Sequence record: MZ065353.1
Length of the DNA: 64,000 bases
Direction: 5' to 3' (one strand)
Source of the DNA: Escherichia virus KFS-EC3
Shown: piece by piece, positions 17,868 to 28,040 of the stretch
How positions within the stretch are numbered: the first letter of the stretch is position 1
Layout: every line of letters begins with the position of its first letter
Position numbers and translations under genes: made by a program
The notes under the pieces: generated by a model
What the model was told of the DNA's origin: nothing
The model's input: the letters and a program-made list of their open reading frames with translations, nothing else
Database searches by the model: none

Positions 17868-18494
17868 ATGTATGAATACAAATTTGATGTGAGAGTTGGT
17901 TCTAAAATAATCAACTGTCGCGCATTTACTCTTAAAGAATATCTAGAACTTATTACTGCTAAAAAGAACGGTTCAGTAGAAGAGATCGTTAAAAAGCTAA
18001 TTAAAGACTGCACAAATGCAAAAGATTTAAACCGCCAAGAATCAGAACTACTGTTGATTCATTTATGGGCGCATTCTCTTGGAGAAGTTAATCACGAAAA
18101 CTCCTGGAAGTGCACCTGTGGAACTGAAATACCAACCCATATAAATCTATTACATACACAAATAGATGCACCAGAAGACCTCTGGTATACACTGGGTGAC
18201 ATTAAAATTAAGTTCCATTACCCTAAAATTTTTGATGATAAAAATATAGCCCACATGATAGTATCATGTATAGAAACGATTCATGCTAACGGTGAAAGCA
18301 TTCCAATTGAAGACTTAAATGAAAAAGAGTTGGAAGATTTATATTCTATCATCACAGAGTCAGATATTGTAGCTATAAAAGATATGCTTTTAAAGCCTAC
18401 TGTTTATTTGGCTGTTCCAATTAAGTGTCCAGAGTGTGGAAAAACTCACGCTCATGTAATAAGAGGACTCAAAGAATTCTTTGAGCTATTGTAA
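17868..18494 (+). CDS. 26: baseplate hub subunit gp26
   Basis: 208 aa as T4 gp26. Confidence 0.8.
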   Translation: MYEYKFDVRVGSKIINCRAFTLKEYLELITAKKNGSVEEIVKKLIKDCTNAKDLNRQESELLLIHLWAHSLGEVNHENSWKCTCGTEIPTHINLLHTQIDAPEDLWYTLGDIKIKFHYPKIFDDKNIAHMIVSCIETIHANGESIPIEDLNEKELEDLYSIITESDIVAIKDMLLKPTVYLAVPIKCPECGKTHAHVIRGLKEFFELL

Positions 18495-18892
18495 TGGCAA
18501 ATATTAATAAGCTTTATTCTGACATTGACCCAGAAATGAAAATGGATTGGGACAAAGACGTTTCCAGATCTCTTGGATTAAGGTCAATTAAAAATAGCCT
18601 TTTAGGAATTATTACAACCAGGAAAGGGTCAAGGCCATTTGACCCAGAATTTGGATGCGATTTATCTGATCAGCTTTTTGAGAATATGACTCCTCTTACT
18701 GCTGATACTGTTGAGCGTAACATTGAAAGCGCAGTAAGAAACTACGAGCCACGTATTGATAAATTAGCAGTTAATGTAATACCGGTTTATGATGATTATA
18801 CTCTGATAGTAGAAATACGCTTTTCGGTCATCGATAATCCTGATGATATTGAGCAGATAAAACTACAACTGGCTTCCAGTAATAGAGTATAA
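18494..18892 (+). CDS. 25: baseplate wedge subunit gp25
   Basis: 132 aa as T4 gp25; start overlaps gp26 stop. Confidence 0.85.
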   Translation: MANINKLYSDIDPEMKMDWDKDVSRSLGLRSIKNSLLGIITTRKGSRPFDPEFGCDLSDQLFENMTPLTADTVERNIESAVRNYEPRIDKLAVNVIPVYDDYTLIVEIRFSVIDNPDDIEQIKLQLASSNRV

Positions 18893-18918
18893 TGCTTCAC
18901 GTATAAACGTGGTATAAT
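18893..18918 (+). promoter_or_regulatory. MotA-box middle promoter for uvsY
   Basis: TGCTTCA followed 13 nt later by extended -10 TGGTATAAT. Confidence 0.5.
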
Positions 18919-18958
18919 GAATCTAAGTCCATCCAATAACAATTGAATAGAGAACAAT

Positions 18959-19372
18959 ATGAAATTAGAAGATCTTCAAGAAGAATTGAAGAAAGATGTG
19001 TTTATAGATTCGACTAAATTACAGTATGAAGCAGCTAATAATGTGATGTTATATAGTAAATGGCTCAATAAGCATTCAAGTATTAAAAAGGAAATGCTTA
19101 GAATTGACGCACAGAAAAAAGTTGCTCTTAAAGCTAAATTAGACTACTACTCGGGACGAGGAGATGGTGATGAATTTAGTATGGACCGTTATGAGAAATC
19201 AGAAATGAAGACAGTTCTATCAGCTGATAAGGATGTTTTAAAAGTTGATACTTCATTACAGTATTGGGGAATTTTATTGGATTTCTGTAGCGGAGCTCTT
19301 GATGCTATTAAATCACGCGGATTTGCTATTAAGCATATTCAAGACATGCGAGCATTTGAGGCTGGAAAATAA
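18959..19372 (+). CDS. uvsY: recombination mediator UvsY
   Basis: 137 aa as T4 UvsY. Confidence 0.85.
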   Translation: MKLEDLQEELKKDVFIDSTKLQYEAANNVMLYSKWLNKHSSIKKEMLRIDAQKKVALKAKLDYYSGRGDGDEFSMDRYEKSEMKTVLSADKDVLKVDTSLQYWGILLDFCSGALDAIKSRGFAIKHIQDMRAFEAGK

Positions 19373-19593
19373 TGAAAAGCATTGATGATGCTTTTAATTA
19401 TGAAGAAGAATTTGAAACGGAAATTCAATTCTTAATGAAAAAGTATAATCTCAAGCGTCAGGATATTCGTATCCTGGCTGACCATCCATGCGGTGAAGAT
19501 GTACTTTATATTAAAGGAAAATTTGCCGGATATCTTGATGAATATTTTTATTCTAAAGATATGGGCATTGATATGCATATGAGAGTTATATAA
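19372..19593 (+). CDS. hypothetical protein (position of T4 uvsY.-1)
   Basis: 73 aa ORF overlapping uvsY stop. Confidence 0.55.
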   Translation: MKSIDDAFNYEEEFETEIQFLMKKYNLKRQDIRILADHPCGEDVLYIKGKFAGYLDEYFYSKDMGIDMHMRVI

Positions 19594-19621
19594 ATAGATA
19601 TATAATTTAGAGGAGACAATC

Positions 19622-19789
19622 ATGTCAGATAAGATTTGTGTTGTCTGTAAAACTCCAATCGATTCTGCATTGGTTGTTGAAACAGACAAAGGTCCTGTAC
19701 ATCCTGGGCCTTGTTATAATTACATTAAAGAACTACCAGTTTCAGAAAGTTCGGAAGAACAATTAAATGAAACACAACTTTTGCTATAG
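19622..19789 (+). CDS. small Cys-containing protein (position of T4 uvsY.-2)
   Basis: 55 aa ORF not in the supplied track (below 60 aa); GAGGAG RBS 6 nt upstream; CxxC plus a distal Cys. Confidence 0.5.
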   Translation: MSDKICVVCKTPIDSALVVETDKGPVHPGPCYNYIKELPVSESSEEQLNETQLLL

Positions 19790-19844
19790 TGTGACCTTTA
19801 GTCTATAGTTTTGGCCCTTCCTTTTTGGTTGGGCCTTTTTTAAT

Positions 19845-20087
19845 TTAAAAGCTTTCTTCTACTTCATCGTCTGAATCTTCTAATTCAGCTCTTTTTCCTG
19901 CCAAAGCATCTCTCACAGAGATGTCATCAGTATCTTTTAATTCAGTTTCTTTAACTCTTTTCTTATAATAAGCTTCAAGTTCTTCTAGACCTTCTAATGT
20001 TTGGCAAGAGGCAATTTTACCCATAAATTCATCAATAGAAGCTTCATAAAGAAATTGTTTAAATTCTAGTAACATCTTTTTCTCCAA
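19845..20087 (-). CDS. UvsW.1-like small acidic protein
   Basis: 80 aa ORF directly downstream of uvsW. Confidence 0.6.
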   Translation of the reverse strand: MEKKMLLEFKQFLYEASIDEFMGKIASCQTLEGLEELEAYYKKRVKETELKDTDDISVRDALAGKRAELEDSDDEVEESF

Positions 20088-20100
20088 AGGGCCGAAGCCC

Positions 20101-20793
20101 TTATAAATTAACTGTTTTTCTAAGTATTCTTAGTTTGTACATTGATAATCCAGTAGCTTTAGAAGCATCTTTCATACATTTATACTTAACACCATTTACT
20201 TCTATAGGTTTAGCAGCTGGGTTATTAGCTCCTGAATTATCTGGCATATTATCTTTAATTTTCTGAATAGATTTAGCGGAATGTTTCCTTCCATACATGC
20301 CATTATTTTTACCTGATTGATTGATAGAATGCAATCTTTTAGCTTCTTCAGTCCATTTTGTTGGGTTCATTCTTTTAGTTTTACTAATTTTACTTCCCCA
20401 TGTAATTGGACGATTTTTCATGAGTTTTGACATATATTGTTTATGTTCTTCCGTATGGTGTTTTCCGTAAAATGGATTACCTTCACCTGATTGAAGTTCT
20501 GCCATTTTACGACGTTCCCAGGCGTAAGATTTATTAACGTGTCTTTCATGAGTCTTTGAATTCATCCCCATACATATAACGGCTTTAATTATACCGTAAT
20601 GGTTTGGATGAATTTTAGCTAAAAGTTTATGAGCTATAAAATGCTCTTCAGCTGTTAGTTCTACCAAATTACACTTATCATCTGTACCGCCCATACATCT
20701 AGGAATTATATGATGAGTTTCAGTGTATCCATTAAGGCGAGCCCGATTCTGGGCTCTATTAATTAAATTATCGTATATTAATTTATAATTCAA
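20101..20793 (-). CDS. free-standing HNH homing endonuclease
   Basis: 230 aa; HHIIPRCMGG...NLVELTAEEHFIAHK; paralog of the ORF at 57928-58602. Confidence 0.75.
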   Translation of the reverse strand: MNYKLIYDNLINRAQNRARLNGYTETHHIIPRCMGGTDDKCNLVELTAEEHFIAHKLLAKIHPNHYGIIKAVICMGMNSKTHERHVNKSYAWERRKMAELQSGEGNPFYGKHHTEEHKQYMSKLMKNRPITWGSKISKTKRMNPTKWTEEAKRLHSINQSGKNNGMYGRKHSAKSIQKIKDNMPDNSGANNPAAKPIEVNGVKYKCMKDASKATGLSMYKLRILRKTVNL

Positions 20794-22298
20794 AGTTTAA
20801 CCTCTTTCATCACATAATTAAACTTCTCATCAGCATAACGCTGAATACGATCAAGTCCATGTTTTAAAAGATAGTTTAAATGCGAGTATTTTTTAGAAGA
20901 TGTTTTTGATTTAGAAACTACGCCCGCGTCATCTATGAGGTCCCAGACCGTTGCGATTGTTTTAGAACCATGCTTACGTAATACGCGACCTATTGTTTGC
21001 AATACAATAATTTTAGATTTAACACCGTGTGCTAAAACAACGTGATGCAGATTTTTAACTGAAATGCCAGTAGAAAATACACCATAACTAGCTACTATAA
21101 TTATTCCTTTACCGTTTTCAGCTAAGGTTTTCATTATATTGCGGGTTTCGGTATCAACTTCCCCTGATACGTAATAAACTTTATCGTATTCATTTTTAAT
21201 TAAATCGAAAATAGCTTTACCATGTGATACATGCTTAAACATGACAAAAGCGTTTTCATCTTTTTGCGCAAGCTTAATAGCTAATTTAGCGATCCATTTA
21301 TTTCTTTTACTGAGTCCAGTAATAATTTTTATTTCTTCTTGGTAAGTTTTTCCCTTTAATTTAGTAGTGAACTCATCGGGATAGCGAAGAAAAATACTAT
21401 TAATTTTTAACTCAGTTACTTGTCCATCTTCCATTAATTTAGAAGTCGTTACTGGCTTAAATATTTCACCGAACATTCCAACATACTGCATGATATTAGC
21501 TTTGCCATCACGTAATGAACCAGACAAACCGAATTTGAACATGCAGTTATTTAAACCTGATATGATAGATGAAATACTTTTTCCTGTGGCAAGATGGCAT
21601 TCATCATTCATCATCATTCCAAACTGTGAGAACCATTCTTTCGGTTGTTTTACTACAGTTTGCCATGTACCAACAACGACTGGTGCATCATTTTTATATT
21701 TATCATCTTTTGATGCTCCACCGCCGATTTTCTTTATCATTGCATGACTGAATAAACGATAGTCAACAAAGTCATCAGCCATCTGAGTTGTCAGAGCAGT
21801 TGTTGGAACAATGATAAGAATTTTACCTTCATAATTTTCCAAATAATAACGTGCAAGCAAAGCTTGAATTAAGGATTTACCTGCAGATGTTGGAAGATTA
21901 AGAATTCTACGACGATTAACTAATCCTTCGAACACTGCATCTTTTTGATACCAATGCGGTTCAATTCTTTTATTTCCTGAATAGATTTCTAATTTAGAAA
22001 GCCATTCATCAAAATCTTTTCTTGATAATTCTTCTTTTTCGTTAATCTGTGGGTCAATCCAGGCTTTATAGCCAAAGTTATCACAGAACTTTTTAATTTG
22101 CCCGACTAAGCCGAATGGAAGAAGACGATTATAATCTAAAAGACGGATTCGTCCATCCCAGTTGCCATATCTGAAGCGAGGATTAAACCTATATCCATCG
22201 GCCTCAAACGAAAAGAAATCTCTTAATTCGTGGAACGTGCTCTCTTCACAATCGATGCGTACATGACTGAAGTCGTGAAAATGTACTTTAATATCCAT
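20790..22298 (-). CDS. uvsW: DNA/RNA helicase UvsW
   Basis: 502 aa; Walker A (NLPTSAGKS) and DECH box. Confidence 0.85.
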   Translation of the reverse strand: MDIKVHFHDFSHVRIDCEESTFHELRDFFSFEADGYRFNPRFRYGNWDGRIRLLDYNRLLPFGLVGQIKKFCDNFGYKAWIDPQINEKEELSRKDFDEWLSKLEIYSGNKRIEPHWYQKDAVFEGLVNRRRILNLPTSAGKSLIQALLARYYLENYEGKILIIVPTTALTTQMADDFVDYRLFSHAMIKKIGGGASKDDKYKNDAPVVVGTWQTVVKQPKEWFSQFGMMMNDECHLATGKSISSIISGLNNCMFKFGLSGSLRDGKANIMQYVGMFGEIFKPVTTSKLMEDGQVTELKINSIFLRYPDEFTTKLKGKTYQEEIKIITGLSKRNKWIAKLAIKLAQKDENAFVMFKHVSHGKAIFDLIKNEYDKVYYVSGEVDTETRNIMKTLAENGKGIIIVASYGVFSTGISVKNLHHVVLAHGVKSKIIVLQTIGRVLRKHGSKTIATVWDLIDDAGVVSKSKTSSKKYSHLNYLLKHGLDRIQRYADEKFNYVMKEVKL

Positions 22299-22300
22299 AA

Positions 22301-22918
22301 TTATGCCTTACTAAATTTGCCTTTAGAATCTCTTTTCATGAGACGACCTTTAATAAATCCGTCGGGAATAATACCGTCTGGTTGTATTAATTTATTTATT
22401 GCGCCATTATTGACCCAAAAAGTTCCTGTTGTAGTCGGTTTGACTTTACATCCTTTTCTGGACTTTCTATTAGGATGAACCATCCCTTTTACAAATCCTT
22501 CTGGAACAAGTTCTCCAGGCTTAATAAAAATATTTTTAGTTCCATTAGTGTAACAAGTTGTACCTAATACCGTGCCCGGTGAGTTTTCAAATCTCTTAGC
22601 GGAAGATTCTTTCATCTTTGCTATAACCTCTGTAGTCATAACAATTCCACCAATTCCACCAGGTTTCATATTATAATAATTTTTGCTTTTTATCAGTTCA
22701 GGAGTTATAATTTCTTCTTCATACATGTACGCTTCTTCGGAAGTTTTAAACTCTTTTAGTATTTTTCTAGAGAAATTGTTTTCACCATATTTCTTTATAG
22801 CCTGCTGAATTGCCTTACCGGAACCAAGGTAGCCATCATTCAGGTCGTCAGTAGAGTGCTTTCCTATATACTTTTTACCATTTATTAGATTTGTTGTTTC
22901 GTATACAAAGTGGTACAT
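22301..22918 (-). CDS. GIY-YIG homing endonuclease (segD-like by position)
   Basis: 205 aa; N-terminal FVY...YIGKH GIY-YIG module. Confidence 0.75.
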   Translation of the reverse strand: MYHFVYETTNLINGKKYIGKHSTDDLNDGYLGSGKAIQQAIKKYGENNFSRKILKEFKTSEEAYMYEEEIITPELIKSKNYYNMKPGGIGGIVMTTEVIAKMKESSAKRFENSPGTVLGTTCYTNGTKNIFIKPGELVPEGFVKGMVHPNRKSRKGCKVKPTTTGTFWVNNGAINKLIQPDGIIPDGFIKGRLMKRDSKGKFSKA

Positions 22919-22967
22919 ACTATTTTCCGAGTAATAAATATATCTATATTTATACTGAGGAAATATT

Positions 22968-23648
22968 ATGATAGATAAAGATTATATTGCAGAGCTGAAG
23001 GCTCTTGATGATAATAAAGAAGCTAAAGCTAAATTAGCTGAATATGCTGAACAGTTTGGTATAAAGGTCAAAAAGAATAAATCTTTTGATAATATCGTTA
23101 ATGATATTGAAGAAGCCCTCCAGAAGCTCGCTAGTGAACCTATGCCAGAGACTGATGGGTTATCTATTAAAGACTTAATTGATGCTGCTGATGCTGCAGA
23201 CGGATTAAAATATGACGATGAAGAAGTCAATCCAGAGGCAGCACTTCTGATTGATTCTCCGGTTAAATCTGACATTAAAATTGAAGTAGTAGAAACGGAT
23301 AAAATTCCTGAAAATACCGATGTTTTGATTGAAGATACTCCTTTTGTTGAAGAAAAATTCGAGCAGGCTGTAGCTGAGATTATTGAATCTGAAAAGCCGT
23401 CTGTATTTACTCTTCCGGAAAACTTTAGTCCGAATCTTCAGCTGATTGGAAAAAATCCAGGATTCTGCACCGTTCCTTGGTGGATTTACCAGTGGATTGC
23501 TGAAACTCCGGATTGGAAATCTCACCCAACTAGTTTTGAACACGCGTCAGCACACCAAACTTTATTTAGCTTAATTTACTACATTAATCGTGACGGATCA
23601 GTTCTAATTCGTGAAACACGTAATTCTTCTTTCGTAACATTAAAATAA
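22968..23648 (+). CDS. acidic protein at the position of T4 inh (prohead protease inhibitor), candidate
   Basis: 226 aa ORF immediately upstream of hoc; synteny only. Confidence 0.45.
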   Translation: MIDKDYIAELKALDDNKEAKAKLAEYAEQFGIKVKKNKSFDNIVNDIEEALQKLASEPMPETDGLSIKDLIDAADAADGLKYDDEEVNPEAALLIDSPVKSDIKIEVVETDKIPENTDVLIEDTPFVEEKFEQAVAEIIESEKPSVFTLPENFSPNLQLIGKNPGFCTVPWWIYQWIAETPDWKSHPTSFEHASAHQTLFSLIYYINRDGSVLIRETRNSSFVTLK

Positions 23649-23657
23649 GGATAACTT

Positions 23658-25076
23658 ATGGCTTTTACAGTTGATATAACTCCTAAAACACCTACTGGAG
23701 TTATAGATCAGACTCAGCAGTTTACTGCTACACCCAGTGGTCAAACTGGAGATGGACCTATTACATATGCTTGGACTGTAGATGATGTTCCACAAGATGG
23801 AGCTGAAGCAACTTTTAGTTATGTACTAAAAGGACCTGCCGGTCAAAAGACTATTAAAGTAGTTGCAACAAACACAGTTCCAGATACTGATGCTGAAACG
23901 GCAGAAGCTACTACAACTATCACAGTTCAAAATAAGACACAGACAACTACCTTAGCTGTAACTCCTAATAGTCCTCCAGAAGGAGTAATCGGAACAGCTG
24001 TTGAATTTACTGCTGCCTTAGCTTCACAGCCATCGGGCGCATCTGCTACGTATCAATGGTACGTAGACGGTTCTCCTGTGGGCGAAGCAACTTCTGCTAC
24101 ATTCAATTACACTCCTTCCACAAGCGGAGTTAAAACAATTAAGTGTGTAGCTCAAGTAACCGCGACAGATTATGATGCAAAGGAAGTTACTTCTAATGAA
24201 GTGTCACTGACTGTTAATAAAAAGACGCAGACAACTACCTTGACAGTAACTCCTGATAGTCCTCCAGCAGGAGTTATTGGAACCCCAGTTCAATTTACTG
24301 CTACCTTGGCTTCTCAACCTGATGGAGCGTCTGCCACGTATCAGTGGTATGTAGATGATTCACAAGTTGGTGGAGAAACTAACTCTACATTTAACTATAC
24401 TCCAACTACAAGTGGAGTAAAAAGAATTAAATGCGTAGCTCAAGTAACAGCGACAGATTACGATACAAAAGAAGTTACTTCTAATGAAGTGTCATTGACA
24501 GTTAATAAGAAAACAATGAATCCACAGGTTACATTGACTCCTCCTTCTATTAATGTTCAGCAAGATGCTTCGGCTACATTTACTGCTAACGTTACGGATG
24601 CTCCGGAAGAAGCGCAAATTACTTATTCATGGAAGAAAGATTCTTCTCCTGTAGAAGGGTCAACTAATGTATACACTGTTGATACATCATCTATTGGAAG
24701 TCAAACTATTGAAGTTACTGCAACTATTACTGCAACTGATTACGATAGCAAAACTATTACAGCAGAAGGTCAAGTTCAGGTAACTGATAAAGTTGCTCCA
24801 GAACCAGAAGGTGAACTACCTTATGTTCATCCTCTTCCACATCGTACTTCAGCTTACATCTGGTGCGGATGGTGGGTTATGGATGAAATCCAAAAAATGA
24901 CTGAAGAAGGTAAAGATTGGAAAACTGAAGATCCAGATAGTAAATACTACCTGCATCGTTACACTCTTCAGAAGATGATGAAAGACTATCCAGAAGTTGA
25001 TGTTCAAGAATCGCGTAATGGATACATCATTCATAAAACTGCTTTAGAAACTGGTATTATCTATACCTATCCATAA
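23658..25076 (+). CDS. hoc: Hoc-like outer capsid decoration protein with tandem Ig-like domains
   Basis: 472 aa; repeated roughly 97-aa Ig-like modules. Confidence 0.8.
   Translation: MAFTVDITPKTPTGVIDQTQQFTATPSGQTGDGPITYAWTVDDVPQDGAEATFSYVLKGPAGQKTIKVVATNTVPDTDAETAEATTTITVQNKTQTTTLAVTPNSPPEGVIGTAVEFTAALASQPSGASATYQWYVDGSPVGEATSATFNYTPSTSGVKTIKCVAQVTATDYDAKEVTSNEVSLTVNKKTQTTTLTVTPDSPPAGVIGTPVQFTATLASQPDGASATYQWYVDDSQVGGETNSTFNYTPTTSGVKRIKCVAQVTATDYDTKEVTSNEVSLTVNKKTMNPQVTLTPPSINVQQDASATFTANVTDAPEEAQITYSWKKDSSPVEGSTNVYTVDTSSIGSQTIEVTATITATDYDSKTITAEGQVQVTDKVAPEPEGELPYVHPLPHRTSAYIWCGWWVMDEIQKMTEEGKDWKTEDPDSKYYLHRYTLQKMMKDYPEVDVQESRNGYIIHKTALETGIIYTYP
23931..24513 (+). repeat. in-frame tandem duplication of an Ig-domain coding unit within hoc
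   Basis: two consecutive units of about 290 bp, near-identical by eye. Confidence 0.75.
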
Positions 25077-25080
25077 TCAT

Positions 25081-25096
25081 AGGGGCTTCGGCCCCT
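25081..25096 (+). terminator. UUCG tetraloop terminator hairpin after hoc
   Basis: AGGGGC-TTCG-GCCCCT then T-rich. Confidence 0.55.
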
Positions 25097-25164
25097 TTCT
25101 TCATTTTGAAAGCACACAAAACACAATCGGAAAACGATGTATATAATGGCACCAACTCGATAAC

Positions 25165-25380
25165 ATGAGATTGATTATGAGAACTGAGGTTGTGGTGTTT
25201 ACACTCCATGAGTCTGGAAAGTCATTCATTGAAATTGCTCGTGAATTGAACTTACAGGCAAAGGAAGTGGCTGTATTATGGGCTCGAGCTATGACTGCTA
25301 AGAATAAATTTGAGACTCGAGAAAAAGTTGTCTATAGAAAAAGACATATTAATAAAAAGGTGAAAAATGGAACAGTATGA
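25165..25380 (+). CDS. hypothetical small protein, possible HTH
   Basis: 71 aa ORF. Confidence 0.4.
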   Translation: MRLIMRTEVVVFTLHESGKSFIEIARELNLQAKEVAVLWARAMTAKNKFETREKVVYRKRHINKKVKNGTV

Positions 25381-25645
25381 TCTTTATGAAAATGAATCTT
25401 TTGCTAATCGATTACGCGAAAAAGCACTTAAAAGTAAACAGTTTAAGCTAGAGTGTTTTATTAAAGATTTTTCGGAACTTGCTAATAAAGCAGCTGAACA
25501 AGGTAAAACATATTTTAGTTATTATTGTACTGCTCGCGATAAATTGATTACTGAAGAAATTGGTGATTGGCTGAGAAAAGAAGGATTTAGCTTTAAAGTC
25601 AATAGTGATCAGCGTGATGGTGATTGGTTAGAAATTACATTTTGA
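25367..25645 (+). CDS. hypothetical protein
   Basis: 92 aa ORF. Confidence 0.45.
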   Translation: MEQYDLYENESFANRLREKALKSKQFKLECFIKDFSELANKAAEQGKTYFSYYCTARDKLITEEIGDWLRKEGFSFKVNSDQRDGDWLEITF

Positions 25646-25654
25646 GGATTAATT

Positions 25655-26659
25655 ATGTTTAAAAAGTATAGCAGTCTTGAAAATCATTACAACTCTAAAT
25701 TTATTGAAAAACTTTACAGTTTAGGATTGACTGGCGGCGAATGGGTAGCTCGTGAAAAGATTCATGGCACAAATTTCTCACTGATTATTGAACGCGATAA
25801 AGCAACTTGTGCTAAACGTACTGGACCGATTCTTCCTGCTGAAGATTTCTTTGGGTATGAAATTATTCTAAAGAATTATGCTGATTCCATTAAAGCAGTA
25901 CAAGATATTATGGAAACTTCAGCGGTTGTATCTTATCAAGTCTTTGGCGAATTCGCTGGACCTGGCATTCAGAAGAATGTCGATTATGGCGATAAAGATT
26001 TTTATGTATTTGACATTATTGTTACTACCGAAAGTGGTGATGTGACTTATGTCGATGATTATATGATGGAATCATTCTGTAATACATTTAAATTTAAAAT
26101 GGCTCCACTTTTAGGTCGCGGTAAATTTGAAGAGCTTATTAAATTGCCAAACGATTTAGATTCTGTCGTTCAAGATTATAATTTTACAGTAGACCATGCT
26201 GGATTAGTTGATGCAAATAAATGCGTTTGGAATGCCGAAGCAAAAGGCGAAGTATTTACCGCTGAAGGTTATGTATTGAAACCTTGCTATCCTTCTTGGA
26301 TGCCTAATGGCAATCGCGTAGCGATTAAATGCAAGAACTCTAAATTTAGTGAAAAGAAAAAGTCTGATAAGCCTATTAAAGCTAAAGTTGAACTGTCAGA
26401 AGCTGATAACAAATTGGTGGGAATTTTAGCTTGTTACGTTACACTGAACCGAGTAAATAACGTTATTTCTAAAATTGGCGAAATTGGTCCGAAGGATTTT
26501 GGAAAGGTGATGGGACTAACTGTTCAAGATATTTTGGAAGAAACTTCTCGTGAAGGTATTACTCTAACTCAAGCGGATAATCCTTCTTTGATTAAAAAGG
26601 AATTAGTTAAAATGGTACAAGATGTACTTCGTCCAGCTTGGATTGAATTGGTAAGTTAA
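25655..26659 (+). CDS. rnlB: RNA ligase 2
   Basis: 334 aa as T4 Rnl2; nucleotidyltransferase motif I KIHGTN. Confidence 0.85.
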   Translation: MFKKYSSLENHYNSKFIEKLYSLGLTGGEWVAREKIHGTNFSLIIERDKATCAKRTGPILPAEDFFGYEIILKNYADSIKAVQDIMETSAVVSYQVFGEFAGPGIQKNVDYGDKDFYVFDIIVTTESGDVTYVDDYMMESFCNTFKFKMAPLLGRGKFEELIKLPNDLDSVVQDYNFTVDHAGLVDANKCVWNAEAKGEVFTAEGYVLKPCYPSWMPNGNRVAIKCKNSKFSEKKKSDKPIKAKVELSEADNKLVGILACYVTLNRVNNVISKIGEIGPKDFGKVMGLTVQDILEETSREGITLTQADNPSLIKKELVKMVQDVLRPAWIELVS

Positions 26660-26664
26660 ATAAA

Positions 26665-26690
26665 AAGGGACCTTTCGGTCCCTTTGTTTT
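26665..26690. terminator. bidirectional terminator hairpin
   Basis: AAGGGACC-TTTC-GGTCCCTT between convergent rnlB and gene 24. Confidence 0.55.
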
Positions 26691-27972
26691 ATTCATCAAC
26701 GATAATTTTTGGTAGCTTAACGCCTAATAAAACAGACAAATCTGAACGACCCGCCATTTTATCCATGTCTCCACCATCAATTATTCTTGCTTCTTTTTCG
26801 TCTTTTGCTACAGTGTAAGGATTTGCAGATAAAGCATATCTAACCAATAAACCGATAGATGGCTGCAAACTTTCTGGATCAACTACAACTTTAAATGCAC
26901 CTACATGTTCAGGGTCATCTAAGTCAAGACCTTCTGTATACGGAGCATAGAAAATTGATCCGACAATTTCTTTTTCGCCAATATTTTCTACCACGCCAAC
27001 GATTACATAATCTAATGGGCTGTTAGTATCGCAATAAAGCGGTAAACCATTAGCTAAGAACCCATAGGCATTTTGTGAAAGATATTTATCATCTTCTGGT
27101 TTATGTTTTAACCAACCTGATGCAGCAAGAATCGCAGCGGCACGAGCTGAAGCAACACAGAACGTTGCTGTATAAGTTGATTCTTTTTGGATATGCGAAA
27201 CCATTTCACACACCATTCGGTATAATGAACGACCAGCTTCAGGTGCAGATGCATAACTCAAATCAATGAATCCAGTATCAGTAATTCCTGTAACTTTATA
27301 GCGTTTTGACACTGTAATCAAAGACTGTAGAATATCTTTATTGATTTCATCCGCCATTTCAGTTGCAAGCAAATCTTCCAAGAAATTAGGAGCATCGAAT
27401 CCATTTGCTTCTAAATCTTGTGCTAATTCAACTGTAATGCCAGTTTTAAGTTTACGAGATTTAACTGCGGTTTGCCATTTATTAATCTGGAATCTAGCAT
27501 CAGCAATTTCGCTATCAGAGCTTTCAAATTTGCTCGTTGACGCTGCGTCAGAAAATAGACGAACCTTTAAAAGAACAATTGCAATCTGAAGAGCTAGTTC
27601 TAAATCGCTTTCTTCAATGGTAGCAAATGGTGTATCTTCTAATACTTTATAAACGATATTATTATATTTGAATAAATCGCCTTTATTGAGAGTTAATTTA
27701 GACTCTTCTGTTAATTCTGTGATTTGTTCTCGGTCTACATACCCAGCTTCGCCAGCGTAAGTAGCACCAGTTTTAAATGTAAATTCATTATCTGGGTTAA
27801 GGTATTTGATACCATAAAAAGCAGCAACAGGTTGATTAGTTCTTTGCGTTGCTACAATGTCAGAATATATTAATTTAGTGGTAGCGCGAGTCAAAGCAAC
27901 GAGATTTGGGCGACCGATTGAGTTGCTATTCGTTGTGGTTGATTCGCGCAGAAGTTCGTTGATTTTAGCCAT
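26689..27972 (-). CDS. 24: capsid vertex protein gp24
   Basis: 427 aa as T4 gp24; fold-level paralog of gp23. Confidence 0.85.
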   Translation of the reverse strand: MAKINELLRESTTTNSNSIGRPNLVALTRATTKLIYSDIVATQRTNQPVAAFYGIKYLNPDNEFTFKTGATYAGEAGYVDREQITELTEESKLTLNKGDLFKYNNIVYKVLEDTPFATIEESDLELALQIAIVLLKVRLFSDAASTSKFESSDSEIADARFQINKWQTAVKSRKLKTGITVELAQDLEANGFDAPNFLEDLLATEMADEINKDILQSLITVSKRYKVTGITDTGFIDLSYASAPEAGRSLYRMVCEMVSHIQKESTYTATFCVASARAAAILAASGWLKHKPEDDKYLSQNAYGFLANGLPLYCDTNSPLDYVIVGVVENIGEKEIVGSIFYAPYTEGLDLDDPEHVGAFKVVVDPESLQPSIGLLVRYALSANPYTVAKDEKEARIIDGGDMDKMAGRSDLSVLLGVKLPKIIVDE

Positions 27973-27999
27973 TGCGCTTTCCTTTTGGTTTATATGATT

Positions 28000-28007
28000 T
28001 ATTTATA
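28000..28007 (-). promoter_or_regulatory. late promoter (TATAAATA on minus strand) for gene 24
   Basis: TATTTATA on + strand 28 bp upstream of the gp24 start. Confidence 0.5.
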
Positions 28008-28024
28008 CCATAAAAACAACTAAA

Positions 28025-28040
28025 GGGACCCGAAGGTCCC
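28025..28040 (-). terminator. terminator hairpin after gene 23
   Basis: GGGACC-CGAA-GGTCCC. Confidence 0.5.
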
